DNA from: Octopus vulgaris
Taxonomy: Eukaryota
NCBI GenBank assembly: GCA_951406725.2
Contig: OX597833.1
Coordinates: 53,196,001-53,260,000 of the forward strand
Reading direction: 5' to 3'
Length of the DNA stretch: 64,000 nucleotides
Below are positions 1-13,344 of this stretch, in pieces (the first letter of the stretch is position 1; each line of letters begins with the position of its first letter). Both the position numbers and the translations under genes were made by a program. The notes under the pieces are model-generated. The model saw only the letters and a program-made list of their open reading frames with translations, was not told where the DNA came from and ran no database searches.

Positions 1-99
1 GAGGTGTAATCAAATCCTATTTTATGGACTCAACCATGTTCTAAAATAAGTGGAAAAGTAAGCTACTATAAATCGGCACGAACTTTCCGGACAACCCAG
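1..99 (-). mobile_element. Left end (TIR + 5' UTR) of a mariner element, truncated by the window edge
   Basis: Reverse complement matches the left end of the mariner copy at 47876 (TGGGTTGTCCGGAAAGTTCG...GATTTATAGTAGCTTAC...TAGAACATGGTTGAGTCCATAAAATAGGATTTGA); followed by TA at 100-101. Confidence 0.85.
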
Positions 100-278
100 T
101 ACAACATATTTGTATGAATCGAGGTTTTCAACTATAACGAATTCAGAAAGCTAAGCTAAGAAACTGATTGTTGTTGGTATATGATTGAAAATGCGGCATG
201 GAAGATGAAGCTGGTTGGTTGGACTTCCTAAATCCGCGCCCAAAGTCGAATTTATTAAATTGAGTAAATGTCTATATA

Positions 279-440
279 GGTGGAGGTGTGACTGAGGGAT
301 TAAGAAGCTGATTTCCAACCACGTTTTCTCGAGTTCAATTCCACAGTGCAGCTTCTTCGGCAATCTACTTCTACTATAACTCCGGACCGCCCAATGCCTT
401 TGGAGTGAATTTACAACGCCGAAGCTATACATAAGCCTGT
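279..440 (+). mobile_element. Degenerate 5' half of SINE family A
   Basis: Diverged match to the family A head (GAGTTCAATTCCAC B box, CTTCTACTATA, GCCTTTGGAGTGAATTT). Confidence 0.6.
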
Positions 441-720
<280 letters not shown>

Positions 721-1214
721 CAAGCGTAGCTAGAGTGTGTTCTGCTCGGGAGCGGCCTTTCCGTTTGCCGCCCCCGGACCCTACAAAAACATATATTGCC
801 TACAGCAGACCCAAAAGTGTCATCCCTTTAAAAGTGCCACCCTGGGTGGACCGCACACTTGTGCATCTATCTATTTTTCAAATTTTGACCGATCACCTAC
901 TAAGTAGCAAGGTTGTTAAGGGAAGGGTCTTGTTTTGTTCATCATCCTTTAAAAGGTCTGGCAGATATTTATTGTCCCTGATATCGTGATCATCGCTTTG
1001 TATGTATGCATACATGTATGTATGTATGTATGTATGTATGTATGTATGTATGTATGTATGTATGTATGTAGGTAGGTAGGTAGGTAAGTAGGTAGGTATG
1101 TAGGTAGGTAGGTAGGTAGGTAGGTATGGCTGGATGGATGGATGTGTGCATGATTGCATATATGTATGTATATATGCCTGCGCGTGCATGTGTGTGTGCA
1201 CTTGTTCTCCCTTC

Positions 1215-1400
1215 CCTTCCAACTTGACAACCGGTGTTGGTTTGTTTATGCCCCAGTAACTTAGCAGTTCTGCAAAAGTAACCGATAAAATAAGTACCGA
1301 TTTATTATTTTTTAAAAAAAAACGCAAGTACTTGGTCGATTTCTTCTACTAAACCTTTCAAGGTGATGGCCAGGCTTGGCCGCAATCCAGTGAGTGAAAC
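1215..1400 (+). mobile_element. Degenerate 3' half of SINE family A
   Basis: CTTGACAACCGGTGTTGGTTTGTTTA...GTAACTTAGCAGTTC...ATAAGTAC...TGGCCGCAATCCAGTGAGTGAAAC matches the family A tail. Confidence 0.7.
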
Positions 1401-2332
1401 AAGAAACACATGAGAAGATAGCTTCCCGTAAGGTAAGTGGAGAGTTTCTGGAAAGTAGCCGAAAACGGAAAGAAAGTCGGAAGTGTACTAACAGCAATGC
1501 CAACCCCACGTCGCCACCATCAGAGAGAAACCACATTTCTACCATCGTCAACAAACACATCTCCATTATCGCCTCTAATACTTTCAACAATTGCCAACGC
1601 CACCATGCCACAACACTAGAAGAATCAGCCATTAGACAATCATACCGCCATCGCTACAACCACACATCGTCTTCTGTTTCTTTCTTTTTTTCTCTGTCTC
1701 TCTCACTCTCTCTCTTTCTTTTTGTATGAATCAGCCACCATTACTAACCGCCACACTACTACCACTAATCACCCAGTCAGAGATGCCATTACCTGCCACG
1801 GAGTGTCTGCAACAAAGTACGTCAAACATGAGGAATAACTTGTAGAGCCAGCTGTTAGCCAAGTGGCAGACGACACGTTTGACGGGCGCGGGAAAAAAAA
1901 GAAATACAAAAAAAACAAATGAACGCGTTGTGTATATGTATGCTTTGCGACATAGGCGTAAGTGTGTGTATGTTTATGTGTGTGTGTATATTCTTGCGTG
2001 TATGTGTTCTTGCGTGTGTATACGTGTGTGTGAGTGTCTGCGTGCGTGTCCATATGTGGGTATTTGTTTTGGTATGCGGTATGTGTACGTGTACATCTGT
2101 ACTTAGGTGTATTTATATGAGTGTATAGGTGTGTCCATTTATATTTATGTATGCTAGGGTGTGAGTATGTGTGCGTGCACGTGTACATGTGTGTGTGTGT
2201 ATTTATGTGTGTACTTGTCGATATGTGGTTATTTGTGTTGATGTGTGTTGAAGTACTGTATGTACGTGTACATCTGTGTTAGGTGTGTTTATGTGAATGT
2301 ATTTACGTGTCCATCTGTAGCTATGTGTATTG

Positions 2333-2379
<47 letters not shown>

Positions 2380-2867
2380 GTGTGTGTGTGCGTATTTGTG
2401 TAATTATTTGTGTAATTAAAAACGAAAGTCGTTAATTATATTTGTGTTAGTGTTTATATATATGTGTATATGTGCGTCTTACCATTTATGTGTTAATCTT
2501 CGGGCAGAGTGGTGTTTGCGTGCGTATGTATATTTGTGTGTATAAACGTGTATGTGTGTGTGTGTTTATGCGTGTGTATATTTGTGTTTGTGTTTGTGAG
2601 AGAGAGAGTCATGGTTGTGAGTAATCCGTAGGTAAGCGTGTGTGTATGCGTCTATATATATGACGAATATGTATGTATCTCTAACCATATGTTCATTCGT
2701 GTGTTTATGTACAGTTTCGTATGAGAATTTACATGTACATCGATGTAAATGTATGCTTGATAAGGGAATAAAAACGACGGTAGTCACATTAATCAGCCAG
2801 TGGGTGTGTTTATCTGTGAGTGTTTGTCATTGCATAAATAGGTGTGTATATGTACAAATGTGCATGC

Positions 2868-2943
<76 letters not shown>

Positions 2944-3139
2944 AATATACATATATATATATATATACATATATATACATGCATATATATATATACATAT
3001 ATATATACTTATATATACATACATATACATATATATATACATATATACATACATATATACATATATATACATACATATACATACATATATATATATACAT
3101 ACATATACATACATACATATATACATATATATTATTTTT

Positions 3140-3668
3140 ATTACTTACTAGGGATTGTACAAATAGAAATTTAGAATTGTATAAAAAGAAACTTTATAAT
3201 TTCTCTAAAAGATATGGTTTAAGTATTACTATTTATAATGAGAACAATAATGAAAATTATTTAGATGTTAATTTTAATTTAATAACGGGTAAAACCTAAC
3301 CATTCCATAAAATTAATGAAAATCCCAAATATATTAATGTTTATAGTAATCATCCACCTTCTGTTAAAAAATCGTTGATAAATAATGTAGGTAAAAGAAT
3401 GTCATTACTTTCTTATAATTTAGAGATTTTTAATAAACATGCACCTTATTATAATAAAGCCCTGCATGAGGCAGGATATAATAATAATATTAAATTCTTT
3501 GTACATGTAGGGGTAAGACAACATGTAAATTTAATAATAATTGTAATTTAGATAATGTAATCTATAAGTGTATGGTAACTTTCATAGATGATAAGGATTT
3601 GAATTATCATGATTTAAACACTATTTATATAGGGTCCACTTCGAATAAAATTAAATCAAGAGTAGCTA
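3140..3668 (+). pseudogene. Penelope-like element ORF remnant: RT C-terminus/thumb plus start of GIY-YIG endonuclease, with a stop codon and an apparent internal deletion
   Basis: Manual translation: [51 protein letters not shown]...PYYNKALHEAG (PLE YI..SNHPP thumb motif), then from about 3539 NCNLDNVIYKCMVT...IYIGSTSNKIKSR (VIY...YIG signature). Confidence 0.85.
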
Positions 3669-4140
3669 AGGCACGACAGATATGAAATAATCTACATATG
3701 GAAAACTCTAGAACGGCTAGTACCTAATTTCGACATTGAGTGTTTTAAAAATGCCAGAACTGGCCGCCATTGTATTGCACCGAAAGCACCACCCACTCCA
3801 TCTAAATTCAGGACCAGGTACTGCAACAGTCTAGGGTTCAATGGCCCACAGCTCTTCAATGCCCTGCCACAAAAATTTTAAAATCTGTATTGTCTTCAAA
3901 AAGGAGGTAGACATCCTCCTCCCCACAATACAGGATGAAACAATAGCCCGACTTGAGGTACAAACAAGGGCAGCGGAATCAAGCTCCCTTATGCACCAAA
4001 TGTGCCAACAGCTGGGACAAAGGCACACACAGAGTGGTAATGTGAAACACCTAAGACTGAGGAAATCAGAAAGAGGACGGTGATGCTCCAGCATGACCAC
4101 AACAGCATGACTGAAACGAGTAAAAGAGTATAAGAATAAA
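3669..4140 (+). mobile_element. 3' end of a CR1-group LINE (ORF2 C-terminus + 3' UTR)
   Basis: RHDRYEIIYIWKTLERLVPNF...RYCNSLGFNGPQLFNALP, then after a frameshift FKKEVDILLPTIQDE...RAAESSSLMHQ; typical CR1/L2-group ORF2 tail; homologous to 32935-34125. Confidence 0.8.
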
Positions 4141-4151
4141 TAAATAAATAC

Positions 4152-4330
4152 ACGCGTAGGAGTAGCTGTGTGGTAAGTAGCTTGCTTGCGAACCGCATGG
4201 TTCCGGGTTCAGTCCCACTGCGTAGCACCTTGGGCAAGTGTCTTTTACTATAGCCTCGGGCTGACCAGAACCTTGTGAGTGGATTTGGTAGACGGAAACT
4301 GAAAGAAGCCCGTCGTATATATATATGTGT

Positions 4331-4391
<61 letters not shown>

Positions 4392-4590
4392 TGTGTTTGT
4401 TCCCCCAACATCGCTTGACAACCGATGCTGGTGTGTTTACGTCCCCGTAACTTAGCGGTTGCGCAAAATGAGACCGGTAGAATAAGTACTAGGCTTACAA
4501 AGAATAAGTCCTGGGGTCGATTTGCTCGACTAAAAGCGTTGCTCCAGCATGGCCACAGTTAAATGACTGAAACAAGTAAAAGAGTAAAAA
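4152..4590 (+). mobile_element. Full-length tRNA-derived SINE, family A, with internal (TA)n(TG)n microsatellite
   Basis: A box-like TAGCTGTGTGGTAAG, B box GGTTCAGTCCC, CCTTGGGCAAGTG core, tail GCTCCAGCATGGCC...GACTGAAACAAGTAAAAGAG; near-identical copies at 6490, 22082, 35848, 46121. Confidence 0.9.
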
Positions 4591-4689
4591 TTTACATATA
4601 TATAAAATTACGTACATACATACTTATGCATATATATATATATATACATATATATATAGACACGCACACAATCCCACAGATATACACAC

Positions 4690-5096
4690 ACGTATGTATG
4701 TATGTATGTATGTATGTATGTATGTATGTATGTATGTATGTATGTGTGTATGTATGTATGTGTGTATGTATGTGTGTATGTGTATGTATGTATGTATGTG
4801 TGTATGTATGTGTGTATGTATGTATGTGTGTATGTATGTGTGTATGTATGTATGTGTGTATGTATGTGTGTACGTATGTGTGTATGTATGTGTGTATGTA
4901 TGTGTGTATGTTTGTGTGTACGTATGTATGTATATATGTATGTATGTGTGTATGTATGTGTGTATGTATGTGTGTATGTATGTGTGTATGTATGTGTGTA
5001 TGTATGTGTGTATGTATGTATGTATGTATGTGTGTATGTATGTGTGTGTATGTGTGTATGTGTGTATGTATGTGCGTCTGTGTGTGTGTGTTTGTC

Positions 5097-5129
<33 letters not shown>

Positions 5130-5151
5130 GTATGTGTGTGTGTATGTATGT

Positions 5152-5183
<32 letters not shown>

Positions 5184-5331
5184 TTGTCTGTGTGTGTGTG
5201 TTGTGTGTGTGTGTGTGTGTTTGTTTGTGTGTGTGTGTGTGTGTTTGTGTGTGTGTTTGTCTCTGTGTGTGTGTGTGTGAGTGTGTGTTTGTCTGTGTGT
5301 TTGTGTGTGTGTGTGTTTGTATGTATTTGTG

Positions 5332-5366
<35 letters not shown>

Positions 5367-5375
5367 GTGTATGTA

Positions 5376-5406
<31 letters not shown>
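4690..5406. repeat. Long (TATG)n/(TG)n microsatellite block
   Basis: Read directly. Confidence 0.95.
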
Positions 5407-5411
<5 letters not shown>

Positions 5412-5989
5412 GCTGATATCTGCTCCTGTGTTTGACATCTTGTATTGTTATATAGTTCGCATCAGTTTTTTTTTTTTTCTGTTTTTTGGTTTTTCTCTTT
5501 GTTTCATTTTCATTTTATCAAACTTCCTTGCTTCCACATCATTTTTTCCTTCCTTTCTTTTTTTTTGTTGTTATTTTTACTTTCTCTCTCTCCTCCTTTC
5601 TTTTCTCACCCCTCCTCTTCACACCCCACTCTTTCTCTCCCTTCATCTGTCATTCCTCTCCTTCTCTCTCTCTCTCCTTTACACTTCTGTCATTCCGTAT
5701 TTATCTTTCAATCGTCACTCTGTCTGAATTCACCTTGCTCTCTACATCTGTCGGACTGTCTGTCAGTCTCTCTCCCTCTCCCTCTCTCTCACCCTCTCTC
5801 TCTCTCTCTCCCTTTCTCTCTCCCTTTCTCTCTCCCTTTCCCCCTCTCTCTCCCACTCTTCCCCCACTGTTTTACTATGTAAGCATTTTAGTTTCCTACT
5901 TGCCTCTGTTTATTTACTCATAAACATACACGCAAAGACACACACACACACACACATATACAATCGCACACGCACACATGCACATACAT

Positions 5990-6068
<79 letters not shown>

Positions 6069-6186
6069 CATATATATGTGTGTGTATATATATATATATA
6101 TATATACACACACGCACGCATAGACAAATATTTAGATTGTTTGCCATACGTCTCTATATAAATATTTCTCAGTGAATAAATGTATG

Positions 6187-6228
<42 letters not shown>

Positions 6229-6489
6229 TGTGTGTGTGTGTGCGTGCGTGTGTATGTTTTAATTGCGTGTGATATCTGCGTGTCGATTGTGATTCATAAA
6301 CATGATACAAATGAAGGAATGTGTGTGAAATACATGATTGACACTGCAAAGGGCTCCCACCCACCCACGTACACACACACACACACACATACGCACACAC
6401 ATATACTTACATACATGCACACACACACACACGCGTACATTCATACACGTATATGCACACGCAGGCGCGTAAGCACACACAAACACGCA

Positions 6490-6658
6490 ACAGGCGTAGG
6501 AGTGGCTGTGTGGTAAGTAGCTTGCTTACCAACCACATGGTTCCGGGTTCAGTCCCACTGCGTGGCACCATGGGCAAGTGTCTTCTAATATGGCCTCGGG
6601 GCGACCAAAGCCTTGTGAGTGGATTTGGTAGACGGAAACTGAAAGAAGCCCGTATATA

Positions 6659-6741
<83 letters not shown>

Positions 6742-6932
6742 ATATGTTTGTGTGTCTGTGTTTGTCCCCCCAACATCGCTTGACAACCGATGCTGGTGTG
6801 TTTACGTCCCCGTAACTTAGCGGTTCGGCAGAAGGGACCGATTGAATAAGTACTAGGCTTACAAAGAATAAGTCTTGGGCTCGATTTGCTCCAGCATGGC
6901 CACAGTCAAATGACTGAAACAAGTAAAAGAGT
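6490..6932 (+). mobile_element. SINE family A, full length with a small 3' deletion
   Basis: Collinear with 4152-4590. Confidence 0.9.
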
Positions 6933-7940
6933 ATATGCACATTCATATACCCACTATCTTACACGTGCACACACACATACACGGGCAGATGCGTACGCAC
7001 ACACATACGAACACACACACACACATACATTCATACGCACACACTTCAAATAGAGTTAATTCTATTAAGAGATTCTTGCAAAGGGAGAAATATGTAAACA
7101 CACACATACACATACACACAGATATACACACACAGACACACACAAGTGCAAACAAGCACATATACATACACACACTCAAACACATTGACACATGCGCACA
7201 CACACAGATAAACATGCGCACATATACACTCACACGCACGCATTGACATGAACACATTCGTGCACACACACAAAGAGACACAGAAATACACATGCATACA
7301 CACACACTCAAACAGATAGACACATACATACATAAATACATACATATATACATACATACATACATACATACATACATACATACATACATACATACATACA
7401 TACATACATACATACATACATACATACATACATACATACATACATCAAGTGAAGTTAATTACATTAAGAGATTCTTGCGAGAAGTGAATACCTACACACA
7501 CATACACGTACCCACACAAACACATGCACACACGTACATACACATACACGTGCATACACGTACACACGCACAAAGACGCATACACGTAAACACACATACT
7601 CGTACACACACACACATGGGCACTCACGTACATACACAGATGGGCACCCACATATAACACATATATACACATGCACACACATATAAACCCTGACACAAAC
7701 ACACCACACACACATACACATGGGCACTCACATATAACACATATACACACATGTACACGCACATATATAAACCCTAACACAACCTGACACAAACACACAC
7801 ACATACACACACATATAGACCCTAACACAACCTGACACAAACACACACACACACACATGGGCATCCACATATAACATATATACACACATGCACACACTTA
7901 TATAAACCCTAACACAAACTGACACAAACACACACACACA

Positions 7941-7978
<38 letters not shown>

Positions 7979-8886
7979 CACGCAGAATGATAAACAAACA
8001 AAACTCGAGTCTGCAGTAGACTAGCTTCCTGTCCCGGAAGCGAGTATTTCTTTTCACTTGTTTAACGATATCAAATAAATAGGATTCTTCGTTCTCAAGT
8101 CTCCGGTTATATCAGTAAATAACATTGAAAGGACAAACAACAACAAAAAAAGAAAAGCAAATTAAGTGTGCATATGTGCATGTTTCAGTGTGCATTTATT
8201 CCTTTGATGCATTAGCTGCATCTCTGCTTGTGTGTGTGTGTGTGTGTTTTAGTGCATCGACTGCACTAAATGTTATGGTTCAGTATGAAAATTTGCAGCA
8301 ACAAGAAATTGCAAGCGATGTTTTCGTTGGTCCGTCAGTCTGTCTGTCTGTCAGTCTGTCTGTCTGTTCTGCGTTGCTGATTGGTGTGATGTCATGTGTG
8401 ACGTGTTTTACTCTCATTCTATAATATGTGTGTCTGTGTGTCTGTATATAATATATTTTGATACATACACACACGCGCACGCATGTACGCACACACATTC
8501 ACACAGACACACACTCACCCAAAAACAACTCTCTCACACATACATATAAATTGCTGTTTCGAATGGGATGGCATAACAGTTAACCAATGGTTAGAGCTCC
8601 ATGGAAATCCGTTTCAGTTCAAATTCCAATCAAGAATTATGATTGATTATATAAGTGATGGTCTTACAATAATAAGATAAACGAAATCTCCAGCCTTACA
8701 ACAGCCTGGTGTTGTATGGATACATACATACATTACATAAATACAAAGGTACATTACATAATTGCATACATGCATTGCTTCAAAAATTGTTATAAGATAT
8801 TTTTCTTAACATGAAAACAACGGTAGCCTCACCAATGCAGTGTAGAGCACTTATTCTCATCGTTCGACATTTATTTGTTTGTGTGC

Positions 8887-9016
<130 letters not shown>

Positions 9017-9177
9017 AGAAGGTTGAAAAGGAACACACGAGTTGATATATATGGAAAAAAAGGTCAAGATAGAAAATGCTAAAATAATTTTATAAAAAAC
9101 ATTTCAGTCATTTTGGAAAAATTAAAAGAAAAGTTTTTTAAAAGAATATTTTCTATTCTACCTTGACTTCTGTTTCC

Positions 9178-9384
9178 AGGGAGAGTTTACGAAAAAAAAC
9201 AAAAGACGAAGACAGGTGGTGTACAAAACAAACAGATGTATTAGTATAACGCTCAGGAATAGAAAAAGTCTTTTACGTTTCGAGCCTACGCTCTTCTACA
9301 GAAAGGGACACAGAAAAGAACAAGGAGAGAAACAAAGAGAGAAAAAAATGTGTGTAGTGGCTAACGATCTATCATAGCGACTGA

Positions 9385-9385
<1 letters not shown>
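9178..9385 (-). mobile_element. Short hammerhead-bearing element (Penelope pLTR-like family H1)
   Basis: Reverse complement is collinear with 15715-15905 and 60440-60602. Confidence 0.8.
9270..9305 (-). ncRNA. Minimal type I hammerhead-like motif, variant core CUGUAGA
   Basis: CTTT-CTGTAGA-A-GAGC(GTAG)GCTC-GAAAC-GTA-AAAG: stem I CTTT/AAAG, stem II GAGC/GCTC, palindromic ACGT stem III. Confidence 0.6.
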
Positions 9386-9421
<36 letters not shown>

Positions 9422-9650
9422 GTGATATAATATAAAATATATATGCATACATACAAACATATATGTACGTACCTACATCTACATGTATATATACATGCAT
9501 ATATAAATAATTATACGTGAGTACAGGACACCACAATAAGACGTAGAAACGGGAAAATCAAAAAAACAAAAAACAAGAAACCGAAAAAACAAAAAACAAG
9601 AAAACGAAAAAAACAGTTACAGGACGTGCTACACAAGGAAAAAAAACCCG

Positions 9651-9721
9651 TCATCAGCTGTCGCTAGTAGAGTCAAGCATGTTTCGAAGGCAGAGACAGA
9701 ACACTAATCTACTAGGCCTTC
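9651..9721 (-). ncRNA. Non-circularly permuted hammerhead ribozyme candidate, copy 1
   Basis: GAAGGC CTAGTAGA TTA GTGT T CTGTC TCT GCCTTC GAA ACAT GCTTGAC TCTACTAG C GACAG CTGATGA; four helices; same architecture as 50967-51039. Confidence 0.7.
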
Positions 9722-10079
9722 CTGCGAGAGAATTAAAATAAAATTCCAAGCAGCGGGGCAAAATGAGTACGAACACGAACAGGACGTAACAATAAAACTG
9801 CAAATATATATATATATATATTCGTTCTATTATTATTTGTTCGTTCCCCTCTGGGCTATGAAAGGTCTTTGTATACTTTTGTTGGTCGTAATTGTTCATA
9901 CCAATATGTAATTCCTGACGAAGAATCTAATTTTAATTTCAAGAAGAGCTTTTCGTTTTAGTCTTTTTGAATTAAATAGACTCCCAAACAATTTGTAGAA
10001 TTTATATTGGATTTGTACCAACTTGGATTATGAATTGAAGATCGTCTATACCTACATTGTTTTTCTTTCCTTATACTTC

Positions 10080-10146
<67 letters not shown>

Positions 10147-10679
10147 AATATAACTTTATTCCACCTTGTTATCAAAATTATGCCACTACCCACATTGAGT
10201 TAACTTTGCTATTTTAATTATGCAAATTAAATTAGGCTACAGATGTTCTGTCTTTTTGTACGTATCTTTGATGTCGGTTGGAGTCGAGACAGGACAACTG
10301 CAGTGCTGATGACGTCTATCGAGGCAGAAACAATCGTGAACGTCTATCCTAGCGCAAATTTCAACGGTCAGGTTATCAGATTTATCAACTTACCTAACAT
10401 TAATGAGAAAGAAAGCTTCCAAACATGACCTTCCTATTTTTCAGATATTTTTCAACACTTGGAATAAAGAAAGCATTCCAACCATGACCGTCCTTTATGT
10501 TTATATATTCCAATTCCGATTCAAATTGAGAAAATACAAATAAAAGATTAATACGATTTACAATAAAGAATTCACCGAATCATAGAACTATCTTCAATTC
10601 GGTTTTTGTGTCTATCGTAACTAATAGCCATAAATGCTAAGCAATGACCAAAGGAGTATGATCTCGAATATACTGACTG

Positions 10680-10735
10680 GCATTCCGTCGGTAACAACGA
10701 CGAGTGTTCCCGTCGATCCGATCAACGGAACATCC
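10680..10735 (-). mobile_element. 3' tip of SINE-like family D
   Basis: Reverse complement matches 23030-23083 (TGTTCCGTTGATCGGATC...CTCGTCGT...ACCGACGGA). Confidence 0.75.
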
Positions 10736-10814
10736 TATCACGATAGCTACTTCGGTGGCCGTGTGTTTTGGTCTTGCCAGTCCCTTTGTTCTCCGGGCTT
10801 TTGTTCTTTATATC

Positions 10815-11310
10815 CATGGAGAAGCAAAGGTGTAGGCCGTAAAATGAAGCTGAAGTTGTTCAAGACATTGGTCCGACCAGCACTACTCTACGGATATGAA
10901 AACTGGAAAATGACAAAAATGAAAGGAAAAAAAATCAATGGACAGCTTCCAATTTACATATATATATAAAATACTCAACATCAAGTGGCAGCAAAGAATC
11001 CGAAATGGCACGATTGAGACGACAACGGGCATTAACAAAAACTGACGAAATAAGACGTTGGTGCTGGAACTGGATCGGACGCGACTTCAGACGAGATCGA
11101 GAAAGCAATTGAATGGTGACACTTAACTGGCAACCTGAAGGAAAAATAGCAGTAGGGCGTCCCAAAACTATATGGTGAAGGATGATTGACGAGGAAAGGA
11201 GACGAGAAAGGTGAAACTGGAATGAGACCAGAACAGTAGCAGAGAACAGAAAACAGAGCTGATCGTAGAGGTCGTGTTGCGGCCTTATGTTCTTCATAGT
11301 ACAAAGAGAA
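10815..11310 (+). mobile_element. Decayed RTE-clade LINE 3' end
   Basis: KMKLKLFKTLVRPALLYGYENWKMT ... DEIRRWCWNWIGR ... LNWQPEGKIAVGRPKTIW; matches the RTE motifs LLYGxETW, RRWxWIGH and WxPxGxRxxGRP. Confidence 0.85.
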
Positions 11311-12890
11311 CTAATTAATCCATGGTTATAACGACATCTGCTTTCCTGAACTAATAAGATACAAATCAAATCCATCCAAGTACACACACGGTACACTATT
11401 TTATTTAGGTTGAATGAGTGTTTTTATACGACGAGTTTGAGTGAGTGTAGTTGAGTGAAAGTGATATAATAGGCTGAGTGAGTGTGGTATTGAGACAGGG
11501 TTGGATAAGTATGAAGTTCTAACAATGTTAACTATGCGTGCTATTGTTGTGTGCTGTCAGGGACAATGAGAGTAAAACACTCTGAGCCCCGATTTTTAGG
11601 CTAACTCGCAGTCCTAAAGGTTCTCAAGATTAGAGGTTACTGTGCAGTATTTGATTGTGCGTTGGGCAGCAGAGGTGAGGTAGTGGCCGAATGATCCGAT
11701 AGTCACGGTTTTGAGGCTTTTATGTGTCTGAGTATGAATCTAGAATGTGAGTTGATAATGGCACAGGATTCGGCTTCTATACTAGAAGCACTAGAATGGT
11801 CTGAACATAACATCCATGAGGATTTGTGGTCGCTGATAATGAATTGGGAGAAACGGAAGTGAGATATATGCTATCAATGCAAGAAAGAAGTGTCCGAGTA
11901 GAACTTTACAGCAACCATTCTAGAAAACAGCCGCAAATTACGACTTGAACACCACATTTTCATTTTTATCGATTCTGAGGTTTTCACCTCTGACATCACG
12001 GATCTCCTTATGAAACTATGCCTTATCAATACTATCGACTTCATTCCTACCTTAATTGATTAAAGAAACGGGAGGTAGATTCGACACTAGTCTTTATTCA
12101 GTACGACGATCGTTACGACTCATCCTGCAAATGCTCGTTATGGGTTGGGATTCTGTGCATCTAGTAGTGCTGCATCAAACTGTGAAGTTTGTGTCTCAAA
12201 GAAAGGAATGTCACGCACACATACACATACACATATATATATACATAAATACATACATTCATATGTACATACATATACATATTTCATAAAAACATATATA
12301 TACGTATGTGTGTTTATAATATATATATATATGTATGTGAATGTGGGTGTATGTATGCATTTGTGTATGTGCATGTATGATTATGTGTGTTTGTGTGTGC
12401 TTTTATATGTGTACATGTATGAGTGTGTGTCTTTGTGTGTGTGCGTGTGTGTATCTGACAGTCTGTGTCTGTGTCTGTTTTGGCGTGCCAGTGCGTGTGT
12501 GTGAGTATTTGTGAGTATATGTTTGTATGCATGGATATGAGAGGAGTAGAAAAATGTATCCTTACTATACACACGAAGACTAACACAGGCAAATAACACG
12601 CACACACACACACACACACACATACACACACACTCTCTCTGTCTCTCTCTCTCACACACACACACATACAAACACACACACACACACACACACACACATA
12701 AACGAAAGCGGTTATACAGTGTGCGTTCTCTAACTGGCACGATGTCACTTCTACTTGTGCAGACGTAATCATTTCCGGTGTATAACACTGTAACTTCCTG
12801 TTCAACAGGGCTATCAGCCAATCAATGGTCTTATCTGATTAAAAGACTCAATTTGAGCCTAAACATTTATAAAATAGTTAAATTATACAT

Positions 12891-12993
<103 letters not shown>

Positions 12994-13014
12994 TACATAT
13001 ATACATATATATGT

Positions 13015-13056
<42 letters not shown>

Positions 13057-13107
13057 TTGAATATATGTATATATATGGATGTATATGTGTGTATGTATAT
13101 ATGTGTA

Positions 13108-13344
<237 letters not shown>

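Noticed and set aside
11700-11830. Possible RNase H remnant on the minus strand (SSIEAESCAII)
   Set aside because: Single short motif; other catalytic residues not recoverable by eye
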